A stretch of 33,337 nt of DNA from Dimargaris cristalligena (Eukaryota): the NCBI GenBank assembly GCA_003614675.1, contig ML002407.1, forward strand, positions 1 to 33,337, written 5' to 3'. The position numbers and the translations under genes were made by a program. This document shows, piece by piece, positions 21,401-33,168 of this stretch (positions are counted from its first letter, which is position 1; every line of letters starts with the position of its first letter). The notes below the pieces were generated by a model. It saw nothing but the letters and a program-made list of their open reading frames with translations. It made no database searches and had not been told where the DNA came from.

Positions 21401-23139
21401 GATGTTTCACCAAGGGGGCTACTTCGACCACCGTCGATTGAGCTGAATGGCCGGCTTCTTCGGCTGATTGGGCTTTGCTGGATATAGGCAATGGGTCGAC
21501 ATCCTTGGTAGGTAGTAAAATCTGAATAATGGGGTCAGCCGAGGTAACATCCCTGGTATAACCATGAAGGAGGGGAAATGATTGGCACAGTCGAATCAAA
21601 CATATAGATTTTTAAGGTGCAAAATGTTTAGTTAGGCAGTCCCAATATGTATAGAATCATTTTTTCACAGGCGGTTTTACCTAGAATGCGGTTCGGGAAT
21701 CGCAATATACCGAGGCCTATAAATTGAACTGTAAAGAGTCGACTTACTGTTTATTCTGATCTTGGCAAATGCCAAGTAGAAGTCTGGCCAAGCAATCCCA
21801 GCTCAAATCATCCAAGGAATACTCCCGGGCCGGTCTTGGGGTTGGCCGGAAAGGGTAATTTGCCGCGCTATTTCGTAATTTGGCCTCATCTACTGCCATA
21901 AGATGCTCCGGCGCCCCCAGTAGGGATGGTCTCCGCAAAGCGGTGGCGTAGATGGGCGCGGGGAGGCGGGGAAAATCCGCGACGCAGGGGATTAGGGTAT
22001 CGGGTTGGTAATAGGAGGTCAGGGCAATCTCGTGCAAGTTGAATGTCGTCAAATCACCCAGGGTGTATAAAACGACTTGCAATTCCCGGAAACTCCGCCA
22101 CTGGATGGGACTAAATGTAGCAAAATACAGAGTGTGGTCGCTCGGAGGGGAAATTCGACTGCTTCCCAGTGGAACCGCGGGGGTAACAACAGAGCCGGCG
22201 CCTGGGGCTGTAGCCGATCCGGCACCTGAGCTCGATGGTTTGGGCCGAATGGGGTGAGGGGTAAATACCACGTGTTCGAAGGCAAACCGCGCTAAACCGT
22301 ACTGGCTCACCTGGCGGGCCAGCCGGCCCGTCTGATACCACACCATTGGGTCACTGGCGTCGATTTCCAACGCTCTCGTAAAGTACCGGAGGGCACGGTG
22401 GCAAGTTTGGGTTATCGACGGGACATCTTCCCGCCGGTCCGAATTGGGCGAAGCGGGGGATGATGAGGGCGGTGGAGAAGAGGAAGGGGGATTTGTGGCC
22501 AGTATGTTGGCGTAATTTTTGTAGACGTAATACCGCAACTGGTTTAACCGTGCCTGGTCCTCGGTACTCAACACCCGGCCACGCGGCAGGACTGATGTCG
22601 ATGTCGATCCAGCGGGTTTAGCGGGGACAGACGAGGGAGGGGGAGACGCCGGGTCATCGCCCGGAATATGGAACCAGGGGGATTCAAGCAATTGCTCAAA
22701 GATAATTCGGGCATCATGCCACCGCCCCTTATGGGAGAGACGCAATGCTCGGTTGTATTTGTCGTTACATTCCTCCAGCTACCAAGTTGGGAAGCGCAGT
22801 ATACCCGAGGTAGCATCCGTAATCAACGCAATAGTCACCGGTGATTGATAAATAATGGCATTGAGTAACCGATACAGTAGTAAATAGTGGAGAGAGAGAG
22901 AATGAGTCCGGTTGGTCCCACGATATTGGCATGTGGCTCACATGGGAGTCAAGGAGAGCATCATAACCACACGCTGGCATGTGTGGCGAAGACCAATGAG
23001 GGGGACCAGGCCCTCCAATGGCCCGCTGTACCAAGCATGGTGAACCATTTCGAACTGGACTTACCAAATGAATCTCTTGGTTGGTGTCTTTAGGGGCGGT
23101 TTTGACCTTTTCGATGTTAATGGGCGTGAATTGGATCAT
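15486..23139 (-). CDS. HIR3: Histone transcription regulator Hir3 / Cabin1 (HIR complex TPR subunit), ~2390 aa; exons 23139-23065, 22778-21748, 21552-15486
   Basis: N-terminus MIQFTPIN...LEECNDKYNRALRL, then YYVYKNYA and TPR ALRYFTRALEIDASDPMVWY...ARFAFE, QCLYCLY, and the C-terminal Hir3 motifs DKKKWHHKPVYRLAW and EWEMPGRHYFYAHKY. GT-AG introns 23064-22779 (phase 0) and 21747-21553 (phase 2) join in frame (7173 nt). The extreme C-terminus is uncertain. Confidence 0.9.
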
Positions 23140-24004
23140 GGTGACGGTGTAAATGGGATAAGTAAACGGATGGGAGTGGGACGGAGTGGTCAATGGAGCC
23201 CAGGCCAACACGAATCATCGGGTCCCCAAGAAGTGCTACAAACAAGTCTAATCCCAAGTTCAATAACAACAAAGCTAAGTTAGAATAAAACAGGGCAGTT
23301 GGCAGTGGGTATTATAAATAGCTAGAGGGACAAGTGGAATATGTATAAGCGAGGTTATATATTAAAGAGAAGGGAGTATATAGCCAAGGAAGCATTACAG
23401 TGGGTGAGTAGGTAGGTAGTTCCCCGCTCGATAACCGACCCTGCTTCTTGGTACTGAAGCAGACTAGCAGAACCAGGGGGGGTGGTCATAGCTACCCATG
23501 TCGCAATCAAAATATCAACCACATTTGGTTTACTGGCAGTTTTAGATGGCACAAGGTGTCTCCCCCCTTCACTTCCTCTCCCTCCGCTCGAAGTCTACTC
23601 CGTACACGTGATGGCGGAATACAGCTTTGAACCAACCTGTTTGTATCTGATACACCAAGGACTCGATTGTTCAGTCCGCGATTCCACCGGAATACTGCTG
23701 TGAAATAGTATTTCAAACAGGCAAACTAATAACATATAACCGTATTACGCAATCCCCTCGAGATGGAGTTCGACATCAAGGGTTGTTTTGCAGGTTCCTC
23801 GAAGCCGGTCGGTTGTCCACTAGATGGGCATGGTCACATGTACAGCAGACTCCCACTAAGACAACCTGGTGCCAAATTCGAATATGAAAACATGTTTTAT
23901 TAGGCGGTCAAGAATCGTTCAATATAGAATGCGAAGCAAAACAAAAATAAATAAATAAAAACCCCTAGGCTCACCAATAGGCATTACAGTGTTGCTGTTT
24001 TCTT

Positions 24005-27000
24005 TTACTTCGGTGACACGGGGCCGTCGGGAGTGCCCCAAGTCCTGATCATCAAAAACTTGACCAGATCAAACGGCGGACGGGTTACTTGGAACCAACT
24101 TTCCCGACGGGTTTCATCTACGGGAAACTCCCAAAGCGAGTGGAGGTAATGTGACTGGATGGAACGCCGTAAATGGGCATAGGCAGCATCTGTATCGAGG
24201 TGTCCCGTTTCAAGTAGACTAGGGGTCTGTAAATAGTCCAAAACGAGTCGATCGAAATACCGTTGGTGCGAAGTAGTTTTAAGGGCGGCTAGCAAGGCCA
24301 CGAAAGCGAACTGATCGGCGGCCTGACTGAGTTCGCAAGGTAGGCCAAGGTTGGTTTCTTCCCTATTGGAAGATGCGGAGTTCAAGGGACGTTGGGTTGC
24401 CGCCTGGGCGTGTAGAAAATCGATGCTGGACGTCGTTCGAAGACCCCGGCTTAGAGACTCAATAATCCGAGTTAACCATGGGGATGCCTGCCGCTGTTGT
24501 AAAAGATCCCCTAGCCGACCCCGACTGGCCAGAACTAACAGCACAGGTGTCCACCATGGAGTATCTGGAAGCTGAGTATGGGTGAGGAGTTGGGATTCGG
24601 TCTGGTCGATATGGGTCTGATGTTGGGCCAACAGTCCAAAATAAATCGGTACCAGGGGTTGGTCAGCGGCCGCATCGCTCGATAGATTCTGAATGAATTC
24701 AGCCTCCACCTACATAAACGGAATAGTAGGTAGTAGTTATTCAACAGTTGTTGAAAAATAATCATAATTAGCCAATCAGGCAAGGGTCAGGAACAAAACA
24801 TAGACCATCGTATTCAGCAGGTCGCACTTCGGCCGTTCGATCTACAAAACCGTCTCAAATCATGTGCACTTACCTTCTCCGACCAAGCGTATTGGCTAGT
24901 AGCAAGCAACCATATGGTTGTGGCGTATTCAAATCGGTTAGCCCGGATGTGGTGCCCAATAATGGTTAGCCAGTAGTGGGCCCAAGCATCTGCCAACACC
25001 CTCCTCCCTGGTCTCTCGTCTGTTTCGTCTCCACCAGACACCATCGCATGGGTATTACTCCATGTATCCAGGATATTCAGTAACGTAGTCCACCGACCCC
25101 GTCCCTTCTTTTCTTCGGGATCGGTATCGTGTGTGTTTTCCCACAATCGATCAAACGCCGCCAAATTCGCCTCAGCATCCTTACCCGCTTCCGCTGAAGA
25201 AATATCCATATCCCACTGGGCCTTGACCAGGGTGCGCAAATGAATCGAGCGCCACTCGTCCATATCCGCACCACCACCACTATCCCCACCGGACTTATCC
25301 GTAGTCGTGGTATCATTAGCAGTGTTTGAATCATTCCCACTGCGGAACCGGCGGAGGGCAGATAGAAGGAGCAGCTGGCTCTGGGAGGTAAGGCGATCGT
25401 CCGAGAGTAACTGGCGGAGTAGTTCAGCCGTGCGAGTGGAATGGCGAACAATTTCGTCATCGAGTGCTGGTTCGCCAAAGTTAACCCCGATTAAATCAGC
25501 CGGCTGGAGAACCAAATCGAGACGAATATCCCAGTCCTCCGGGTCAGTCGCACCATCCGGGATGAGTAAGGGGCGGTTGTACACCTCGTTGACCAGCGGG
25601 GTTAGCGGGGCACCTTCAACCTGGGGGGAACCGGCCGTCGGAGTGAGTCCACGGGCATCCAATTCCAGGGCTGTCTTAAAGATCAAGTAGGGGGGTTCCC
25701 CAGCCTGCGCCATTTCGGTTAATAGCGAGGTGTAGAATTGGTAAGATTGACCAAATTCGTTGGCCCAACGCGTCAACCATTGCTCCTTGTCGATGCAAAC
25801 CATGGAAAGGGGATCCCGCCAGTGGCCCATCGTCGCAATAAGATCGAGGTACTGGGCCGGAGCCTCCCAATCCGACGATGACCCCGCCGGGGTGGACTGA
25901 AGGGTCTCCATCACCATCGACCGTTGGGTAGGTGGTAATTGCGCTTGCTCTTCCGTGACTATGAGCCGGGCAAGAGCTGCTATATCGGCTGACTTGAGTC
26001 GCTTAAGCAACGGTTGGGATTGGGTCTTCAAATCTATCCAATAATCTGGCATACCATCCGAACTCTGGCAGAGGAAGCCAAACCAGAGACGGTGTAGACA
26101 CCAGAAAGCCAGTCGACGAAGCAGGGATTCGTTTAGTGTTTTGACCGATGCCGATGAAATTGGGGTGTCTTTCTCTCCCAACTCAGATAGACAGCCCACT
26201 TGAACAAAATGCTCCGACACGGATGCTAGGGCGGTCTCGATGGTATAATCAAGTGAATCATAAACCAATTCCCGCACCGTCGACCAGGGTTCATTTTCGG
26301 AATTCGCGTTAGCTTCGTTGGGCCACTCCAACGACCGAGCCCGGTCTAGGGCGACAGCATTCAACCACTGGGACCACTCCACCTTTCGCAGGAGTGGGTG
26401 CTGGCTAAAAACCTGAATAACCGCCAGCCGGTGCCCAACCATGGCACTCAAATTTGATAAACCCTGTTGGGCTACCGTAACTTGGTAAACACTATAGAAA
26501 TTCGACCAGGCCCCATACATGGTCTCCGGCTCGGTGGTACCTTGCATGCTTTTCACCTGGGGGTAGACCTCCGATTCCAAGTACGTTTGTACTTGCTGGG
26601 GTTCATTTTGAACCAAAGGCGCCAGAAACTCGATCCATAGTTCACCGTGACGAATATCCGGTACTGCAGTCAGTACGGTATGCTGAAGGAGACAGAGTAA
26701 CCGCTTCGTGCGGTCCAGTCCGATTTGATCGGACATTTGGAGGCAAGTACGAACATTGGCCGGGTGAGCTGTTCGAATCGCCTCGTCGACTCGATCCCGT
26801 TGGTATTCTCCATCGGAACTAAACCGATTGGCGTCTACGGCGATAATGGCCTGGAAGGCCTCGTTAATTCCCTGGCCCTGCAGCTCAGTCGCCCGCACCC
26901 GAAATTTCTGATACTCGGCCCATAGTTCGGGTAGTGATGATACATCCGGGGTATTGGCGGATAGTCGAGGCCCCACGGCAGTTTCCACTAACCGGAATAG

Positions 27001-28515
27001 CGCCTCCATGGGGGTGCGGACTAAAAATGCGGCTAGTTGGACGGGATCAACCGGAGTGGCGCCTTCAGAACCCGGGTCTTCCGGTCTGCTTGACTCAATC
27101 AGTTGTGGACTACGGGCCACTATCACCAGTGCGCACAAGTAAGCACCGCTTAAAGCGGAGGCCAAGACGGGCGTAGGGTAGGCTCGTAAGTAGTGTAGAA
27201 GTTCGGTAAGAGGGGTTAGATTGATGAGGTGAAAAAGGGCCTGATGAAAATCGAGGGGTAGCGTCTGGGGGAGCATCAGGTGTCGGGTCTGGACCAAGAG
27301 CTTCCGTCGCAGAGTGGTTTCAAAAATACGTTGGGCTTCGCGGGGTGGGGCTTGGGGATCAGCCGGGTGGTCCAACACCAGTTGGGTGAGCAGGGCTAGT
27401 ACGTCCACCACAGTCATGGACTGGCTTTTAATGCCGGCCGCACCATGCTTTGGGGGATTCTCTTGGGCCACGAACCGGCCGCTGTAGGGCAGTGTAGGCC
27501 CGGGATTGGGGGGTTGAGCTAAACATTGGCTAAGCGGGCGGTAAAAAGCATCCAGAAGGTCGGGTCGTAGACCATCGGGGAGTTGGCTGGGGCTGTCGGA
27601 TTTGGGAGGGTGAGCGGGGGTGGCTGGTTCATCCATGGACAAGAGTTGGTTAATTTCGTCCAACACGGTGGGTAGGGAGGTCAGCCGGGCGGCATTAAAG
27701 GAAGACTCCGAAAGCGGAGTCGATGTGGAGAAGGAGGACGGCTCAACCGTACTGTCAATTTTTCCAAGAGTGGCTGCGTAGAGTCGATCGAGCTCGGTAT
27801 GTCGCCAGTGATCTAAAGCAGTACCCAGTGTATTACCGTTGTCGCTAAGTTCAATGGCCAGGCCAAGGTAGTCTAATCGACAGGCGGTGGGCAGATTGAG
27901 TTCCCGCGTCGTTTCACCGCCCCCGCCCGCACCGTCACCAGTATCAGCTTTGCTAGAGTGGTCGGACTTTTTCGGATAAGACTGGCCTCGCCCAATCACC
28001 AAACATACCGCCTGCAAGTCATTGACGACTGAAAGAGGCTGAACGGTAGCCGCCGGGGATGCCGAACCACTACCCACGACCCAGGTGGTCGCCGCCATGG
28101 TCCGGGCTCGCCGGAGGGCCGACCGGTGTTCGGCCAAGGTCGACCACGCACGTTCGATAAAGTTCTTATCCCCGCGCTGTACCGCCGCGGGCAGCAGGGC
28201 CGCCAAAAGCGCCAGTCGGACCCACAGCGAGTCGGGATTGAATTCCAGGTGGCGCAGGAGTCGGTGGAGCCGCTCGCGGGCTAAATAGGCCCGTGGGCAG
28301 TCGCGCAAGAGTTTGGTCACTAAGTCCCAGCGGTGCGGAATGGACTCGATTTGGACGGGTAGGATGGGGGGAAGGTTGTGTCGGGAGGAGGAGGTGGTGG
28401 AGGGGGTGGACGTAGGAGTGGAGGCAGGGGAAGCGCGGTATTTCTTGGTTAAGGCCTGGAGCTCCTCCGCGGCAGCGACCGCCCAGGGAGGTGAGGACTC
28501 AGCCGTGTCAGCCAT
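24005..28515 (-). CDS. NBAS: NBAS/Sec39-related protein comprising only the distal Sec39 segment plus the NBAS C-terminal region (~1448 aa; exons 28515-24874, 24709-24005)
   Basis: Phase-0 intron 24873-24710 (GTAAGT...TAG). Collinear motifs resemble NBAS as recalled: ILPVQIESIPHRWDLVTKLLRDCPRAY, RLDYLGLAI...ALDHW, DAFY, DFHQALFHLINL, VDANRFSSDGEYQRDRV, EPQQVQTYLESEVYPQV. The coding status is firm; the family call is from memory. Confidence 0.72.
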
Positions 28516-29034
28516 GGGGGGGGCTATTGAGAACGAAGAGTGGAATGGGAGAGTATGAATGGGGACAATGGAAAGGGAATGGATTACTCAGGCCCTTTGT
28601 GAGGTTCTAGAGTAGGTAAATGGGGGAGGGACAGATGACATTGGGGAAAGAATCGTTATTAGTTTGAATTAACCCAGCGGTGACTTTACTATTGACCACT
28701 GTAGTGTGAATGGGCAGTACCAGGGGAATGTCCTTTCACTATTAAGTTTTAGTTATGCAAGTATATGGCGAAACCTTGGTCCACTATCAGCAAGTTGTGC
28801 CATTGATATAGCCTGTACATTTATATAACGAATACCCCCCCCTTGTTTTCGGAGAATTGGAATTTCGATAAAGATAGATTGAAACCAATAGTCAATAATA
28901 ATATTCATTAGAAGCAAGGAAAGGTAGGGAAATGCTGTGAATATATATCAACAATTCAATCCAACCTCAGTGGAAAAAGGCCAGGATAGAGAAAAACTGC
29001 ACCAAGGACATTAATCAGATTTTAAAAACTCCAA

Positions 29035-30510
29035 TTAAGGAGGTGGTGGCAAAGAACCTGTCACTCCACTATCCATCCATTGAAAGAAGGAACATTTGCC
29101 CTGGCCGTGGACGGCGTCGGTTTCGCACATATAGTAATATCTACCCAATGTGGCCTCTTGTTTAGTGACGGCCCGGAGTTCACATGGAACTCCGCAGTGG
29201 CAATGTGGTGTGTGGTCGGCAGAGTAGTCGGGGCGGCTATATCGGAAAGTGAGGTTGATTCGAATATTGCCACTCAGCGGATGCGGGTCAATCGGCGTGT
29301 AGCGCGGTACCGAGTGCTGGTACTCTTCCTGCATGGATGGTAACATTAGGAGCAGCGCATTATGGGGCAAGTCTATACCGAAGACCCGACTCATGCCAGG
29401 CGACGCAAGCGGGTCCCGCTGGGCCTGTACTCCAGGAAACCGACGGATACGAAATTGGCGGGTAACGCCGAGCGACAAGGATGCTATTGTCGCAAAGGGG
29501 CCGATGTAGGTTAAACGGTCACCATGCCAACCCACGCCCTCGGCGGACCCGTTGTAGCAATTGGCTATAGTCTTGTTACCCTGCCAAGGATCACGGCTCT
29601 CAAGTGGATTCCGGGATCTTTCCGCTAAGACGCAGTTCACTTTGGCTTCGATTAGTCGTCGTGCTTCGACCATGGTGGGTAAGTACGGCCGTACCCGAAC
29701 TTTCGACCCGCCGAAATAAAAGCCACCCCCATTGTGGGGTTCTTGGGGCTCGGTGGCGACTGAGGATGCCTTCTTCTGGTCCACCCCCTCACTATTTGAC
29801 GGCATAGTGGTATTATCCGGACCATTGTCCCCAGATGATCCTGGATCCTCCGGGTCTTGCTCTAACTGAGTCTGGGCATAAAGTACCGATGTATGAGGCG
29901 ACGTCACCTGGCGGTCAAATAAATACCACTTACGCCGGTGCCAAGTTGGAGTCTCTCGCAATAAATCAGTCAAGAGGTCCCGGGCAAGCAACGCCGGTAG
30001 GAAATTATACACTAAGACACAGGGTAGTTCGCGAGTCACGTCGTCGGGGCGGCGAAGGATAATTAACTGGGACCGTTGGCGGGTCTTGCCTTCGCCTTCA
30101 GGGGTCCATTTAAGCAGGTCGGTCAACGAAGCAGCGTGAGTGGAGGTCGTTGTCATTTTCGTGGACGATGTTGGAGACAGTGGCGTAGTCGCCAGTTCAG
30201 AGCGGAAGCGTTTCGATGGTGGGGCGGGAGTAGAGTCAGTGGCGAAGGGGGGAGGGCGAAACTGGGTGAGGCGGGTTTGTTGTTCCCGGCTCCGGGCCCG
30301 GTGGGACAACCGGCGATTCAGCGAAGTGGCTGTGGGGGGTGGTACCTCGGAAGCAGGTGGGTTGAGGAGCAACTCAATGGCCCGGTCCAGGGAATTATCG
30401 GCCTGGGTTAATAATATCTCCGCCAAGGTCTCGAGCGTATGGTGCTCAAAAATGGAGGCCAGAGTGGCGAGGTTCTCGTCGCTGGCGGAATCATTCGGTC
30501 GACTGGACAT
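29035..30510 (-). CDS. CUE-like + AlkB-type 2OG-Fe(II) dioxygenase (ALKBH2/3-like) + GRF zinc finger protein (491 aa, single ORF)
   Basis: N-terminal LASIFEHHTLETLAEILLTQADNSLDRAIELLL (CUE/UBA-like). AlkB core NCY...VGWHGD (HxD), IASLSLGVTRQF, YQHSVP (distal H), RINLTFR. C-terminal CHCG...GRYYYMC...CSFFQW (zf-GRF). Confidence 0.88.
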   Translation of the reverse strand: MSSRPNDSASDENLATLASIFEHHTLETLAEILLTQADNSLDRAIELLLNPPASEVPPPTATSLNRRLSHRARSREQQTRLTQFRPPPFATDSTPAPPSKRFRSELATTPLSPTSSTKMTTTSTHAASLTDLLKWTPEGEGKTRQRSQLIILRRPDDVTRELPCVLVYNFLPALLARDLLTDLLRETPTWHRRKWYLFDRQVTSPHTSVLYAQTQLEQDPEDPGSSGDNGPDNTTMPSNSEGVDQKKASSVATEPQEPHNGGGFYFGGSKVRVRPYLPTMVEARRLIEAKVNCVLAERSRNPLESRDPWQGNKTIANCYNGSAEGVGWHGDRLTYIGPFATIASLSLGVTRQFRIRRFPGVQAQRDPLASPGMSRVFGIDLPHNALLLMLPSMQEEYQHSVPRYTPIDPHPLSGNIRINLTFRYSRPDYSADHTPHCHCGVPCELRAVTKQEATLGRYYYMCETDAVHGQGKCSFFQWMDSGVTGSLPPPP

Positions 30511-31974
30511 GGCGATTGGGCAAAATGCAACAAAAACCCGGAGGGTCGGGGTCTAAAGCAATGGGAGGAGAATGGGAATGTACCGGACTAGCTGTAATTG
30601 GGAGGAGGGGTTGTCGATTGAATGGCGAAAGAGCCCTGCTGCGGCAAACTACCTGCGGAGTTATCGTGTAAATACAATAGCCAGGCCCTGAATTAGCCCT
30701 CCCATGGTGACATGTGGTTTGAATGGGATTGGGAAATGGACAAGGCTAACTTCCGCAGCCAAATCCGGTAACCAAGGAGGGGTTTTAATTTATGGGTTTT
30801 CCACTGCAGTAAGTTTAGGAGTGGGCCTACTTCCTAAGGACTAGATTGATACCTGACAACTAACCAAAGAGTGGTAAGAGGCCTAGGAGGGGAGGCCTCT
30901 TCATACACACGTATCCAAGGAGGGGAAGTAGTGCGGGGGATGTAGTGGAGCACACCATACATCGGAAATACACCATATATTTATAACCGCCACTGTTGAA
31001 AACCTCCCAAGATGCTCTCTGCACATGGTTTATTTATAACCCCGTATAGACACAGCCAGCCATACTCGGCAAGCAAGGCTTCCCCCACGCCGCCCCTTCC
31101 ACTGATTAATAATGTGGCTGGGTGCATTTGTAACTTGCTGACACTCATATTCGAGGGATTTGCCGACAATCCTTTGGAACTGAACCGAAGCGGCCTTTCT
31201 CTATGGGAGTTGGGGTATATATGGTTTTACTTGGCTAGCCGACCTCAGTCGGGGTGTCCTTGACTCAAGGGGAAAACAACTAACCTCATTGCAAATTGAC
31301 GCTAAGAAAAAAAAGGATAGGAAGGGCCAACGTGGTGCTACACAGCCCTCCTTCTGTATTCTCGGGAACGATTGCGACGTAGCCGTGACACCTCGGCTCG
31401 TGGTTAAAAATAGCGAACCGGTCGATTATTGCAACGGGGGACAGCCCAAGAGACGAGGTAGTAGCGGTGCCCTTGGAGATGGCAGTAGCGTATCCATCAT
31501 ATTAAACCCCCCATTGGACCGCATGAACGAGAGGCTAAAGATAGATAGTAGGGGTGACGAGGCCCACCAAGTAACACATCTTGTCGCAGTGTGAATCAAG
31601 AATGGTCCCCCCCTCCGCATATACTCCACGCCCTGTTCCTCAGCAACAGTAGCAGCATACAAGGCCCCGTGTTTTATCAAACTTCCTCTCCTCCCTATAT
31701 GCACTTAGGCTGTATGCCCCACAATAGATATCTTTTTACTTCTCCCGACGTGTACTTAGTTGTCCGGCGCTTCTTCCTCTCTAAACTACTTACTTTCTAG
31801 TTGCTGTCAGTATTTCTCGTTTGCATTTCCTGGCTGCCTTTTCTCATTCGAACTTGTGCTATCTGTCTTGAGTATATTGCCGCTGTTCTTCCGGCTCCAT
31901 TGGTATCCGTATCGTCCCTCTTCGGCCCACCTTCTCCTTCCCTAAAAAAAACCACCGACGGGCAATCTACCGCC

Positions 31975-33168
31975 ATGTCCCGCAAAGTCAACGAAAGAAA
32001 CCTCAGGTAAGCCTCGCCTCTAATCCGCCGGCCATCCCTTCACGCAACCTATCCTTATCCTGCCAAGGACCGCCGTCCTCTATATAACTCACGTTAACTC
32101 TTCCCCACCTGCTCTACCGACGGCGATTCCTACTCCTATTATTACGCAACCCATCCAGAACCCTCCGGGACCTGCTGAAGCTCCACGAGAACCGCTACTG
32201 TTTCGACTGTGGCTCAACCGTAAGTATTGTCCACAAAACCCCTGTTTCCACTTACCTTGTGTATCCGCCTATGGTTTGAATTGACCCTGACTGGGTTTCT
32301 CCCCTTCCCCCTTTCCGGTTATCGAGATACCATTCTTCGGATATTACCCCCCAACCCTGCCAGAGCTCTCTCCTCTATGCCTCCCGCTAACCCTGTTATA
32401 CTCACCGCCCCGCTTGTTTGCCATCCATTCCCACGTCCTAGTTGCCTTCCTACGCCAACTTGTTCACCTATACCTTCATTTGCGAAAAATGTTCCGGATT
32501 CCAGTAAGTCAAGGCAGTCCCTTAACTAGTCACGTCCTCCTGCTTTTCCCAGGATGCCACGGCAGCACCTGGAGATTCTTTCCCCTACCACCGTGGTACT
32601 AGTTAACTACCCTGCTTTTGTGAGATGTCTTTAATGAGGGTACTGCCGATAATAGCAATACCCATGGGTAAGGCGGCAGCAAATATTAACCCTCCTGATG
32701 CTATTCCCTTTATATTGCCCAAATTCGGAACATGGTAGCCGCGAGCTTAGTCACCGGGTTAAGTCCATTTCGGCCTCCATTTTTACCCCTGCCGAAATTT
32801 CTGCATTGGTGAGCGGCGGTAATGCGGTAAGTACGCCATTCCAATCGGCCGAGACTTTCAGCTAGTGATGCACCATGCAACTGGCCTGTTCTGAGAATTC
32901 CATCGGTTAAATAGATTGTCCCAGTTGATTCGACGAACCCCATACATCATCAACTCATTCCCCCGGAAACCCATTGTATGTATATAATTGATGACTTAAA
33001 CCTCAATAGAAAGCCACCCGAATTTGGCTGGCTAAATGGACGGCCAAGGACTATCCGCTCCCTGCCCACGGCGACCTGGATCTAGTCAAAGAATTCATTC
33101 GACAAAAGTATGTCCGGCGTCGTTGGGTGGACGAGGGACTCCTCGCATCCCAGAGTCAGGCCCCAAAG
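31975..33168 (+). CDS. ArfGAP, AGFG/Gts1-like subfamily; 5' part only (exons 31975-32006, 32159-32219, 32442-32503, 32739-32826, 33010-33168; continues beyond the window)
   Basis: Five short exons joined through GT-AG introns give MSRKVNERNLRTLRDLLKLHENRYCFDCGSTLPSYANLFTYTFICEKCSGFHRELSHRVKSISASIFTPAEISALVSGGNAKATRIWLAKW...KEFIRQKYVRRRW. This is an exact CX2CX16CX2CX4R ArfGAP zinc finger. A further donor GTAAGC lies at 33169. The gene is missing from the ORF track. Confidence 0.93.

Noticed and set aside
5082..30510. Six consecutive minus-strand genes, several nuclear (Nup85, Tbf1-like, Hir3, AlkB), as a functional cluster
   Set aside because: Functions are mixed (mitochondrial Grx5, ER-related NBAS), no shared upstream motif was seen, and such strand runs arise by chance.
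11347..30556. Numerous 60-200 aa antisense and alternate-frame ORFs inside the long genes (e.g. 12866..13474, 20340..20894, 30140..30556)
   Set aside because: Shadow ORFs expected in GC-rich coding DNA; no recognisable domains.
30560..31970. Short ORFs in the divergent AlkB / ArfGAP intergenic region
   Set aside because: No domain similarity; the pyrimidine-rich right part fits the ArfGAP promoter/5' UTR.
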